Shown one piece after another: positions 8,584 through 17,298 of a stretch of 35,849 nucleotides of DNA; position 1 is the stretch's first letter; the number at the start of each line of letters is the position of its first letter. The translations under genes and the position numbers were made by a program. Where the stretch lies: NCBI GenBank assembly GCA_030673995.1, contig DAOUYU010000001.1:1-35849 (forward strand). The letters run 5' to 3'. The stretch comes from Candidatus Aminicenantes bacterium (lineage in GTDB: Bacteria > Acidobacteriota > Aminicenantia > Aminicenantales > Aminicenantaceae). The notes beneath the pieces were generated by a model that was not told the origin of the DNA, made no database searches, and saw only the letters and a list, made by a program, of their open reading frames with translations.

Positions 8584-9285
8584 CTAGTAATAATAGAGAG
8601 AAATGTATGGAACTCTATATTTTTCCCTTAAAAATTTTACTGCCTTTATTTTGAAAATCCTTGAAAATTCCTCTTTATCCTTGAGTTCAAATTCTGCCAA
8701 AACCTCTCCTTTGATCTTTTCTTTCTCCTCGTCTGGAGTGTTCATGAAGAGAAGCTCCTCAATATCCTCCTCGATTCGTTCAAGCTCCTCTTCGTCAAGT
8801 CGAGTTTGAGACAGTATTTTCTTAGCTCGAGAAAACATTCCCTTCAAGTAGCCTATCGGAAAAGGGATCGTCTCTAAAAACCTTTTGACCTCTGCCTTTG
8901 CTCGTATTCTTTTCTCATCTCTCTCGACTCCCCTCCTTTTCTGCCCAACCTTTCTTTCTCTAGCCTGTTCAAAAGCCCTTAAAACCTGAAAATCACAGAA
9001 GCCAAGAGATTGGATTCTGGCCTTTCTTCCGGATTTTCTCCTGTAATTGGAAAAGGCGCTCTTCATGCCTTCCAAAACGATATAAAGAGGAATTTCCATT
9101 CTCTCCCATTTTGCAATGAGATCCTGCTCTCTTGAAGAAAGGAAGAAAGGAGCCCCACGTTCCATGAAGAAACGGCGGGCAATGGATTGGTAATACCTGG
9201 GATTCTCTATAATTATCTTTTCCTTATAAATAAGTCGGTTCTTGAATTTTGACACAAAAATTGTTGGGAGTGAAATGAATGTCAA
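8584..9285 (-). CDS. Hypothetical protein with a possible DnaD/DnaB_2-like helical domain and a charged C-terminal half
   Basis: 233-aa ORF with a TTG start that overlaps the coaX stop by 4 nt. An alternative ATG lies at 9165. The segment GAPFFLSSREQDLIAKWERMEIPLYIVLEGMKSAF loosely resembles the replication-organiser DnaB_2 motif. That similarity is weak and from memory only. Confidence 0.5.
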   Translation of the reverse strand: MTFISLPTIFVSKFKNRLIYKEKIIIENPRYYQSIARRFFMERGAPFFLSSREQDLIAKWERMEIPLYIVLEGMKSAFSNYRRKSGRKARIQSLGFCDFQVLRAFEQARERKVGQKRRGVERDEKRIRAKAEVKRFLETIPFPIGYLKGMFSRAKKILSQTRLDEEELERIEEDIEELLFMNTPDEEKEKIKGEVLAEFELKDKEEFSRIFKIKAVKFLREKYRVPYISLYYY

Positions 9286-10064
9286 GATTCAGGAACCAAT
9301 CCCATTTTTCTTTCATGAAGAATCCTCAATCCTTCCAAGACAAGATGGGGCTCTATATGGTCTATGGGCTCGATCTCATGGCTGATTTGGGGAGCAAAGC
9401 TTCCGGTAGATACGACGCTGGCTTCTTCTCCTAATTCTCTTTTTATCTCTTCAATGATATTGGAAATGAGGCCAATATAGCCAAAATAGAGGCCAGACTG
9501 CATGCTGGCTACAGTCGTACGCCCTATGGCTCTTTTTGGTTTCTTTATTTCAATACGGGGCAATTTGGCTGTTTTGAGGTAAAGAGCTTCGGCTGCAATC
9601 TGAATTCCTGGAGCGATAGCCCCGCCAAGGTACTCTCCTTTAGAAGAAACGGCATCAAAAGTAGTCGCTGTCCCGAAATCAACCACAATGATCGCTCCCC
9701 CCCATTTCTCGTAGGCTGCAACACTAGCGACTACTCTATCCGCTCCAACCTCAAGCGGATTTTCATAGAGAATAGCCATCCCTGTCTTTAGCCCGGGCCC
9801 AACAACAACAGACTTAATCCGAAACAGGCTCAGGCTTAAATCTTGAAAAACCGGTGTCAGCGGGGGAACGACACTGCAGAAATAAACGGATTTTATTTTC
9901 TCTACTTCAATCTTTGATAGAGACAGGAGGTTTAAAAGAGTTGCACTATACTCATCACAAGTTTTGTCCCCTTCGGTCCTGATCTTCCAGTGTTTGACCA
10001 GTCTCTTCGCTTCAAATATTCCAATTGCAATATTAGTATTACCTATATCTATTGCTAACAGCAT
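9282..10064 (-). CDS. coaX: Type III pantothenate kinase
   Basis: MLLAIDIGNTNIAIGIF N-terminus (ASKHA fold) and later DFGTATTFD. I prefer the ATG at 10064, which is preceded by AAGGAGG 6 nt upstream, over the GTG at 10085 used by the ORF track. Confidence 0.9.
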   Translation of the reverse strand: MLLAIDIGNTNIAIGIFEAKRLVKHWKIRTEGDKTCDEYSATLLNLLSLSKIEVEKIKSVYFCSVVPPLTPVFQDLSLSLFRIKSVVVGPGLKTGMAILYENPLEVGADRVVASVAAYEKWGGAIIVVDFGTATTFDAVSSKGEYLGGAIAPGIQIAAEALYLKTAKLPRIEIKKPKRAIGRTTVASMQSGLYFGYIGLISNIIEEIKRELGEEASVVSTGSFAPQISHEIEPIDHIEPHLVLEGLRILHERKMGLVPES

Positions 10065-10077
10065 GTTTTGCCTCCTT

Positions 10078-10824
10078 TTATTCACGCTTCGTTGTCTTTA
10101 TCTCTGCTGAAAAAAAAGTTCTCTTCTCGCCTTGACTTTCCAGGATCAACCCGCCCTGAGGATCAATCCCCTTATAAATGCCTGTCATTTCCCCTTTTTC
10201 CGTAATCAAAGTTGTCTCTTCTTCAAGGGACAAGGCAGAATTCTGCTGGAAAACACGGACAATCGCCCTTCCTTCACCATCTCTAAACAGACTATACCAA
10301 TGATTCAATGCACGCCAGAGGTTTTGAAGAAGAAGATCTTCACTCACCTTCCTTTTTGTAATGAGGGTCAGGGAAGTTGCCTGATGGCGAATTTCGTCCG
10401 GAAAATCGTCTTTCCCGTGGTCTACATTCAGGCCTATCCCGAGAATGACAAAATTAACTCTGTTCCCCAAAAAACCACTCTCGCAGAGTATCCCTCCAAG
10501 TTTTTCCTTTCCCCAGATTATATCATTGGGCCATTTCAGCTTGGTTCTAATGTCAAGCGTGCTAAAAATGGCTTCATTCACTGCCAATCCCGCCATAAGT
10601 GGAAGAAGGGAAATATTAGGGCGGGATGGATGGAGAATAACGGAAAGATAAATACCCTTTTCCCTGGCAGAGTACCAGCTCCTTCCCCTTGTCCCTTTCC
10701 CTCTGGTCTGCTCTTCCGAAATAATAACCGTTCCCTCTTTTCCTCCGGCCATAGCCAATTCTTTCGCTGCATCGTTGGTAGACGGGCAGCTTTTGATCCG
10801 GTGGATTTTCACCCCAATACGCAT
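10078..10824 (-). CDS. birA: Biotin--[acetyl-CoA-carboxylase] ligase (group I, no N-terminal HTH)
   Basis: 248 aa with STNDAAKE, the GRGTRGRSW biotin-binding loop and KWPNDI. Confidence 0.88.
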   Translation of the reverse strand: MRIGVKIHRIKSCPSTNDAAKELAMAGGKEGTVIISEEQTRGKGTRGRSWYSAREKGIYLSVILHPSRPNISLLPLMAGLAVNEAIFSTLDIRTKLKWPNDIIWGKEKLGGILCESGFLGNRVNFVILGIGLNVDHGKDDFPDEIRHQATSLTLITKRKVSEDLLLQNLWRALNHWYSLFRDGEGRAIVRVFQQNSALSLEEETTLITEKGEMTGIYKGIDPQGGLILESQGEKRTFFSAEIKTTKRE

Positions 10825-10858
10825 GGCCTTAAGATATGAACTAACCTGAATTATTCAT

Positions 10859-10977
10859 AAAAAATGCCGACACCTTCATTTTTCTTCAATAATATTAACA
10901 TTATAGCCCGTTTTTCAGTAAAATAAAGACTATCACTTTGTTTGTTGTAATATTTCTATCAAATGTCGGCATTTTTT
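10859..10977. repeat. Perfect 14-bp inverted repeat AAAAAATGCCGACA / TGTCGGCATTTTTT enclosing 91 nt of AT-rich DNA upstream of birA
   Basis: Arms at 10859-10872 and 10964-10977, read directly. On the minus strand the enclosed segment carries a TATAAT box (plus-strand ATTATA at 10900-10905), which could be the birA promoter -10. Confidence 0.6.
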
Positions 10978-10987
10978 ACCCTTCGGG

Positions 10988-11086
10988 CGAGCCGATCTCA
11001 CTGCATCGGCTTCGTTGCAGCCCATTCGCGGTAGTTCACTACAGCTTCATGGGCTGCGGCCTTGCCGCTACAGCAATCTCGACTCG
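10988..11086 (-). other. Long imperfect GC-rich hairpin beginning 22 nt downstream of the valS stop (possible 3' stabiliser, processing site or REP-like element)
   Basis: 38-nt arms at 10988-11025 and 11049-11086 with a 23-nt apical region that has its own GUAG/CUAC mini-stem. On the minus strand I count 26 Watson-Crick and 4 G-U pairs. On the plus strand those 4 become C-A mismatches, which favours a minus-strand RNA. Confidence 0.5.
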
Positions 11087-11107
11087 TGAATGATCCAGGC
11101 TAAAAGT

Positions 11108-13762
11108 TCATCCCTTATCAATGAGGGAGAGAATATGCTTGAAGTTCTTTTCAAGCTTTGTTTTCTTGCTCAAAAGCTCTGAAAGCCTGCCTTTTGTCTC
11201 CTGGGTGATTTCTTTTGGAGCTCGTTTAAGGAAATTGGCATTCTTAATCCTTTTTTCTAATTTTTCGGTTTCAACCTTGATTTTTGAGAATTCCCTTTCA
11301 AGCCTCTGTTTCTCCTGCTGCACATCAAAGATCGCTTCCTCAACGGGGATTGCAATTTCCCAAGAACCAACAATCCCTTTTAAAAGCTTCTTTTGCTTCG
11401 GAAAACGATCTAAAATTTCAATATGGCGGATATTAGCCAGAGACTGAATATAAGCCTCATTTCGATGAATAAATTGCTTCTCCTTATCTTCAATTACCTT
11501 TACCCATAGCTCAATTTTTTGCTTGGGGGGAATACGGTTTTCCGCCCTAATGGTTCTGATCCCCACAACCGCCTCTTGAAGCAATCTCATGTCTGTTTCC
11601 GCACTTTCATCTTTTAATTCCCCTCTCACCTGAGGGAAAGAAGCTGTGACCAAAGACTTCCCGGACAAATGGGGAAGATGCTGCCAGATTTCCTCGGTAA
11701 TGAAGGGCATAAAAGGATGGAGAAATCTCAGGATCTGGTCTAAGGTATCAACCAGGACTGCCTCTGAAGTCTTGTTTCCTTCTTTAAGATGAAGTTTGAC
11801 CAGCTCAATATACCAATCACAGAATTCATGCCAGATAAAATGATAAATTTTATCGGCCGCCTCATAAAACTTATAGTTCTCTAGAGCAAGACTTAACTCT
11901 TCGACAATCTTGACCGTTCTGCTGCGGATCCACCTGTCAGCCAGGGTTAATTCCCTTTCTTTTTGGTGAAATGTTTCTCCCCCGATGCTCATCAAAACAA
12001 AGCGAGATGCATTCCAGATTTTATTGGCAAAAGCCCGATAACCCGTCATCCTCTCTTCCGAGAGTGATATATCCATGCCTGGAATGGCTAACGCAGCCAG
12101 AGTGAACCTTAATGCATCGGTGCCGTATTTATCAATCATTTCAAGAGGATCTATGACGTTTCCCTCCGATTTACTCATTTTCCGCCTTTTAAAATCCCTG
12201 ACCAGCCCGTTGATAAAAACGTGACGGAAAGGGATATCACCGGCAAACTTAAGCCCCATCATGATCATCCGTGCAACCCAGAAGAAAATGATATCAAATC
12301 CTGTAGCCATAAGGTCAGTCGGATAGAATGTCCTGAGATCCTCTGTATCTTCGGGCCAACCCATGGTTACAAAAGGCCACAGAGCAGAACTGAACCATGT
12401 ATCAAGGACATCTTCTTCCTGAACGAGGTCGGAACTCTGGCATTTTTCACACTTTTTTGGCGCTTCCTCCGCAACAATGATATGCTCGCAAGCCTGGCAA
12501 TACCAGGCGGGAATCCTGTGCCCCCACCAGAGCTGACGTGATATGCACCAGTCGTGAATGTTGTACATCCATTCAAAATATGTTTTAGCCCACTTAGGGG
12601 GAATGAACTGGATCTCCCCTTCCTCAACCACTCTAATAGCTTCTTTGGTAAGAGTCTCCACACGAACAAACCACTGCCACGATAGATAGGGCTCGATAAC
12701 CGTATGACAGCGGTAGCAATGACCGACAGCATGCTGGTAATCTTCGCTTTTCTCCAGCAGGCCCATCTCTTTCAGCTTTGATAGCACTTTCTCCCGGCAC
12801 TCAAATCTGTCCAATCCTTTGAATTCCTCTCCTGCTTCGTTCGTCATCTTGCCTGATCCGTCGATAACGATAACCTGTGGGAGATTGTGCTTCTTCCCGA
12901 GTTCAAAGTCTACCGGATCATGAGCAGGCGTTACCTTGACCGCTCCGGTCCCGAATTCCACCTCCACCCTCTCATCTGTAATGACCGGAATCTTCCTGTT
13001 AACAAGGGGAAGAAGGACTGTCTGGCCCTGAATCTTGGCAAAACGCTCATCCTGGGGATGAACAGCGACCGCCGTATCGCCCAGCATTGTCTCAGGGCGG
13101 GTAGTGGCAACCGTTATATTCTCTTCTGAATCCAGGAGGGGATACTTGATGTAATACAGTTTGGCTTTCCTCTCCTTGTGTTCGATCTCGATATCTGAGA
13201 GAACTGTCCCGCAATGAGGGCAACGGTTAACCAGGTAGTAGTCCCGGTAGATGAGCCCTTCATGATAGAGATCAACAAAAACTTGTCTTACAGCCTTACA
13301 ATAATCCTCATCCAGGGTAAATCTTTCTCTCGTCCAGTCCAGAGAAGTCCCGAGTCTTTTCAGCTGATTAATGATGACACCACCATATTTTGCCTTCCAA
13401 TCCCAGGCAATCCTCAGGAACTCTTCGCGTCCGACATTCTCCCTGGTTAGCCCTTTCTCATCCAGACTCTGCTCGACCACGTTGTGGACAGCGATGCTCG
13501 CATGATCTGTCCCGGGAAGCCAGAGAGTATTATAGCCCTGCATCCTCCGCCACCGAACAATGATATCGGGCAAGGTAAAACACAGGGCATGACCTATATG
13601 AAGAGAACCCGTGACATTGGGAGGAGGAAGGACCATAGAAAATTTTTTCTTCGAAGACGTAACCTGGGGTGTGAACAGGCCTTCCTCGATCCAGAAACGG
13701 GACCATTTTTCCTCAACAGGCTCAGGGCTGTATGCTTTTTCCAGAATGTGTCTCTTCTTCAT
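11108..13762 (-). CDS. valS: Valine--tRNA ligase
   Basis: 884 aa with PPNVTGSLHIGHAL (HIGH motif), KMSKSEGN (KMSKS motif) and a C-terminal coiled coil. Confidence 0.95.
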   Translation of the reverse strand: MKKRHILEKAYSPEPVEEKWSRFWIEEGLFTPQVTSSKKKFSMVLPPPNVTGSLHIGHALCFTLPDIIVRWRRMQGYNTLWLPGTDHASIAVHNVVEQSLDEKGLTRENVGREEFLRIAWDWKAKYGGVIINQLKRLGTSLDWTRERFTLDEDYCKAVRQVFVDLYHEGLIYRDYYLVNRCPHCGTVLSDIEIEHKERKAKLYYIKYPLLDSEENITVATTRPETMLGDTAVAVHPQDERFAKIQGQTVLLPLVNRKIPVITDERVEVEFGTGAVKVTPAHDPVDFELGKKHNLPQVIVIDGSGKMTNEAGEEFKGLDRFECREKVLSKLKEMGLLEKSEDYQHAVGHCYRCHTVIEPYLSWQWFVRVETLTKEAIRVVEEGEIQFIPPKWAKTYFEWMYNIHDWCISRQLWWGHRIPAWYCQACEHIIVAEEAPKKCEKCQSSDLVQEEDVLDTWFSSALWPFVTMGWPEDTEDLRTFYPTDLMATGFDIIFFWVARMIMMGLKFAGDIPFRHVFINGLVRDFKRRKMSKSEGNVIDPLEMIDKYGTDALRFTLAALAIPGMDISLSEERMTGYRAFANKIWNASRFVLMSIGGETFHQKERELTLADRWIRSRTVKIVEELSLALENYKFYEAADKIYHFIWHEFCDWYIELVKLHLKEGNKTSEAVLVDTLDQILRFLHPFMPFITEEIWQHLPHLSGKSLVTASFPQVRGELKDESAETDMRLLQEAVVGIRTIRAENRIPPKQKIELWVKVIEDKEKQFIHRNEAYIQSLANIRHIEILDRFPKQKKLLKGIVGSWEIAIPVEEAIFDVQQEKQRLEREFSKIKVETEKLEKRIKNANFLKRAPKEITQETKGRLSELLSKKTKLEKNFKHILSLIDKG

Positions 13763-13813
13763 CGTCTGACCCCTAATAGTGTAGCAATTTGCGTGTGATT
13801 TTTCTTTATTTTT

Positions 13814-16800
13814 CTAATATTCAATAAAAACAGAATCTTCCCCTAATAAACCTTCTATTTTCCTCGATAAATCTTCGGAAAACAGTAGCCCCTGGACATC
13901 CCTGGCCTGAACAACTATCCGATAGGAAGGAGGAATCTCAAGCTCAAAAAACACAGGGCTATCTCCTCGATTTTGTTCCAGCATGTCTTTGAGTTCCTCA
14001 AATACAGACTCCTCTATGCCGGGAAGAAATATCCTCAGGATCACTCTTTTAACCTGATTCCGAAAAGCATCAGGCAAAGGCATAATCTGGAGAAGATGAA
14101 TCCTTCTGTTTTCTCCCTCTCCTAAAAACTTACCTTTAACCCAGACAAGATGATCCTGCCTGAGGTGGTCATAATATCTCTTATAGTTATCTGGAAAAAC
14201 CACAACCTCTATTCGTCCGCTCATGTCTTCTAAAATAAAAGTGGCCATTCTCTCATCTTTTTTAGTCTTAATGGATTTAATGGAGGAAATGATTCCTGCA
14301 ATGTGTATCTCACTTCCAAAATCCTTTTCGTCATCCAATTGATTTATGGAGTGGGAAACAAGCGTCTCCAACCGCTTCCCGAATTCGGCCAGTGGGTGTC
14401 CTGTGATATAGAATCCCAGGGCATCTTTCTCATAAGAAAGAGAAAGAGACTCATCCCATTCCGGCATCTGCTTCACTTCAGGAGGGATAGGGGGAGGTTC
14501 GATCTGGCTTTTTCCAAAGAGGAGACTCTGTTTCGAGGATTTGGCTCTTTGAATTTCATGGCCATATTCGATCATCTCATCTATCAGGTGAAACAGCTGG
14601 GACCTTTGCCACCCTAAGGAATCAAAGGCCCCTGCCTTTATTAAGCTCTCGATCACCTTTCGATTGACTGTTTTTGGATCAATCTCTTCAAAGATCTCAA
14701 AGGGCGAAGTAAACTTCCCTCTCTTATTCCTTGCTTGAATGAGTGAGCGAACCGCTCCTTCTCCGACATTCTTAATGGCTGACAAACCGAAGCGTATAGC
14801 TTCCTTTACGACCGTGAAATTGAAATCGCTCTCATTAATGTCAGGGGGAAGAACTTTGATTCCCATCTCTTTACATTCATTGATGTATTTAACGACTTGA
14901 GAAGTGACTCCTCTCTCAGCCTCAGAAGTCAAGAGCGCTGCCAGAAAATAATCTGGATAATGAGCCTTGAGATACGCTGTGCGGTAAGCCAAACAAGCAT
15001 AAGCAGCGCTATGGGACTTATTGAATCCGTAGCCGGCAAAATATTTTATCTGATCGAAGATTTTTTTTGCTTTAGCCTGACTCAAGCCTTTCTTTTTCGC
15101 TCCCTGAATAAATCTCTGCATTTGGCCTTTCATTATTGCCGTTTCTTTTTTACCCATCGCCTTCCGCAAGATATCGGCTTCAGCCATGGAAAATCCTGCC
15201 AGATCGGTCGCGATCCTCATCACCTGCTCCTGGTAAACAATGAGACCCTGAGTCTCTTTCAGGGCTGGTTCCAGCTCAGGGCATTCATAGCTAATTTTTT
15301 CCGGGTGGTTTTTGCGTTTTATAAATTCATCCGTCATCCCGCTTTTTAAGGGGCCAGGCCGGTAAAGAGCGTTCAGTGCAATCAGATCACGGAAGCTTTC
15401 GGGCTTAAAATTCCTGAGCAGATCCTTCATTCCGTGGCTTTCAAACTGAAAAACGCCATCTGTATTGCCTGTTTTGAAGACCTCAAAAGTTTTCTCATCA
15501 TCCAATGCAATATTCTTCAGATCTATTTTTTGACCTGTTTTTTTTTCGACAAGTTCAACTGTATCTTTAATAACGGTCAGGTTGCGAAGCCCGAGCAAGT
15601 CCATCTTGAGCAGACCAATAGCTTCAATATCCTGCATCGGAAATTGGGTCGTAATCTCCCCCTTTACTGATTGGTACAAGGGCATAAATTCTACCAATAG
15701 TTTTGGTGCAATTACGATCCCCGCCGCATGAATGGATGGATGCCGAACCTGTCCCTCTAATTTCTGAGCGACGGACAGGAGGTGGGCGATTTTGGTATCC
15801 TTATCTCTCAGCTCTTTTAACTGGGGGACCTCCTTCAGCGCACCTTGGATCGTCGCCTCTGGGCCGAAAGGAGGAATCATCTTTGCAATTTTGTCCACTT
15901 CCGGGAGTGGAACTTCAAGAGCTCTTCCCACATCCCTAACTGCCTGGCGGGCAGCCATCGTACCAAAGGTAATGATCTGGCTTACATTTTCCTGCCCTCC
16001 ATACTTCTTTTTGACATAAGCAAGAACCTCATCGCGCCTTCTTCCGCAGAAATCGATATCAATATCCGGGAGGCTTATTCGCTCTGGATTGAGAAACCTC
16101 TCAAAGAGAAGATCATATTCCATAGGATCAATATCGGTAATCCCCAAACTGTAGGAAAGCAGGCTGCCTGCAGCAGACCCTCTCCCGGGGCCAACAGGTA
16201 TGTTGTTGTTTTTGGCCATCTGAATGAGGTCCCAGACAATCAAAAAATATCCTTCAAATCCCATCTCCTTAACGAGCTTGACCTCCCTCTCCAATCTCTT
16301 TTCGTATTCCTCAATAAGAGAGGGCAGCTCATCCTTCCCTTTTTTCTTGGCGATGACCTGAATCTGATTCTGGAAACCTTCCTTGACAACTTGATCAAAA
16401 TATTCCCCTAAAGAGAATCCCTCCGGCGCCTTAAATTGCGGCAAGGAATATCCTGAAGAGGGAAAATCAAAATTGCACTGCGCGGCAATTTTGGCAGTAT
16501 TCTGGATGGCTTCAGGGATTTCTGCAAAGAGGTCTATCATTTCTGCACTCGATTTAAAATAAAACTCGTTTGTGCTGAAGCGAATTCTATCCTGATCTGC
16601 TACCTTCTTGTTTGTCTGGATGCAAAGGAGGATATCATGGCTCTCAGAATCATCTTTAGAGAGGTAATGAACATCGTTTGTGGCCACCAGCGGGAGTTTG
16701 AGTTTTCGAGCGAGGCGTATCAGTAAAGGATTGTTTTTTTTCTGTTCCTCCAGGCCGTGATCTTGGACCTCAATGTAAAAATCACCCTTTGAAAACAAAG

Positions 16801-17296
16801 AGGCATACTCAAGCGCAGCTTCCTCCGCCTTCTCCTCTTGATCCAATCCCAACAAGTAGTTAATCTCTCCTTTTAAACAACTGGAAAGCCCGATCAATCC
16901 CTCGTTATATTGAGCTAAAAGCTCTTTATCGATACGGGGTCTGTAGTAAAAACCCTCCAGATAGCTTTTGGTGATAAGCTGGCAGAGATTTTTATACCCC
17001 TTTTCATTTTTAACAAGGAGAAGCAGATGAAAGTGGACCGGCCTTTCTCTCCCGGGTTTTTTATCAAACCTGCTTTTTGGAGCAATATAGACTTCACAGC
17101 CCAGAATCGGTTTGACTCCTTTTTTCTTTGCCTGCTTGAAAAAACTCACCGCACCGAATATATTTCCATGGTCGGTCAAGGCTACTGCAGGCATGTCATT
17201 TTTATAAGCAGCTTCTACTAAAAGCGAAGTTTTTATAGCACCATCCAGGATGCTAAACTCTGAATGATTATGAAGATGAACAAACGAAAGTTCCAT
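13814..17296 (-). CDS. dnaE: DNA polymerase III alpha subunit
   Basis: PHP domain start MELSFVHLHNHSEFSILDGA, followed by polymerase core, OB-fold and C-terminal domains. I prefer the ATG at 17296 (GGGAG 5 nt upstream) over the ATG at 17308, which would overlap guaA. Confidence 0.93.
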   Translation of the reverse strand: MELSFVHLHNHSEFSILDGAIKTSLLVEAAYKNDMPAVALTDHGNIFGAVSFFKQAKKKGVKPILGCEVYIAPKSRFDKKPGRERPVHFHLLLLVKNEKGYKNLCQLITKSYLEGFYYRPRIDKELLAQYNEGLIGLSSCLKGEINYLLGLDQEEKAEEAALEYASLFSKGDFYIEVQDHGLEEQKKNNPLLIRLARKLKLPLVATNDVHYLSKDDSESHDILLCIQTNKKVADQDRIRFSTNEFYFKSSAEMIDLFAEIPEAIQNTAKIAAQCNFDFPSSGYSLPQFKAPEGFSLGEYFDQVVKEGFQNQIQVIAKKKGKDELPSLIEEYEKRLEREVKLVKEMGFEGYFLIVWDLIQMAKNNNIPVGPGRGSAAGSLLSYSLGITDIDPMEYDLLFERFLNPERISLPDIDIDFCGRRRDEVLAYVKKKYGGQENVSQIITFGTMAARQAVRDVGRALEVPLPEVDKIAKMIPPFGPEATIQGALKEVPQLKELRDKDTKIAHLLSVAQKLEGQVRHPSIHAAGIVIAPKLLVEFMPLYQSVKGEITTQFPMQDIEAIGLLKMDLLGLRNLTVIKDTVELVEKKTGQKIDLKNIALDDEKTFEVFKTGNTDGVFQFESHGMKDLLRNFKPESFRDLIALNALYRPGPLKSGMTDEFIKRKNHPEKISYECPELEPALKETQGLIVYQEQVMRIATDLAGFSMAEADILRKAMGKKETAIMKGQMQRFIQGAKKKGLSQAKAKKIFDQIKYFAGYGFNKSHSAAYACLAYRTAYLKAHYPDYFLAALLTSEAERGVTSQVVKYINECKEMGIKVLPPDINESDFNFTVVKEAIRFGLSAIKNVGEGAVRSLIQARNKRGKFTSPFEIFEEIDPKTVNRKVIESLIKAGAFDSLGWQRSQLFHLIDEMIEYGHEIQRAKSSKQSLLFGKSQIEPPPIPPEVKQMPEWDESLSLSYEKDALGFYITGHPLAEFGKRLETLVSHSINQLDDEKDFGSEIHIAGIISSIKSIKTKKDERMATFILEDMSGRIEVVVFPDNYKRYYDHLRQDHLVWVKGKFLGEGENRRIHLLQIMPLPDAFRNQVKRVILRIFLPGIEESVFEELKDMLEQNRGDSPVFFELEIPPSYRIVVQARDVQGLLFSEDLSRKIEGLLGEDSVFIEY

Positions 17297-17298
17297 TC

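Noticed and set aside
10132-10839. 235-aa plus-strand ORF antisense to birA. Similar long antisense ORFs lie at 4872-5402, 14897-15349, 15845-16411 and 17921-18391.
   Set aside because: Each lies opposite a gene with strong family signatures and has a compositionally odd translation rich in low-complexity, Ser/Phe/Leu sequence. The one at 4872-5402 is a by-product of the purine-rich Glu/Lys-coding strand.
13763-13813. T-box or other leader upstream of valS
   Set aside because: Only 51 nt separate the dnaE stop from the valS ATG, which is too short for a T-box. No specifier or terminator-antiterminator structure is visible.
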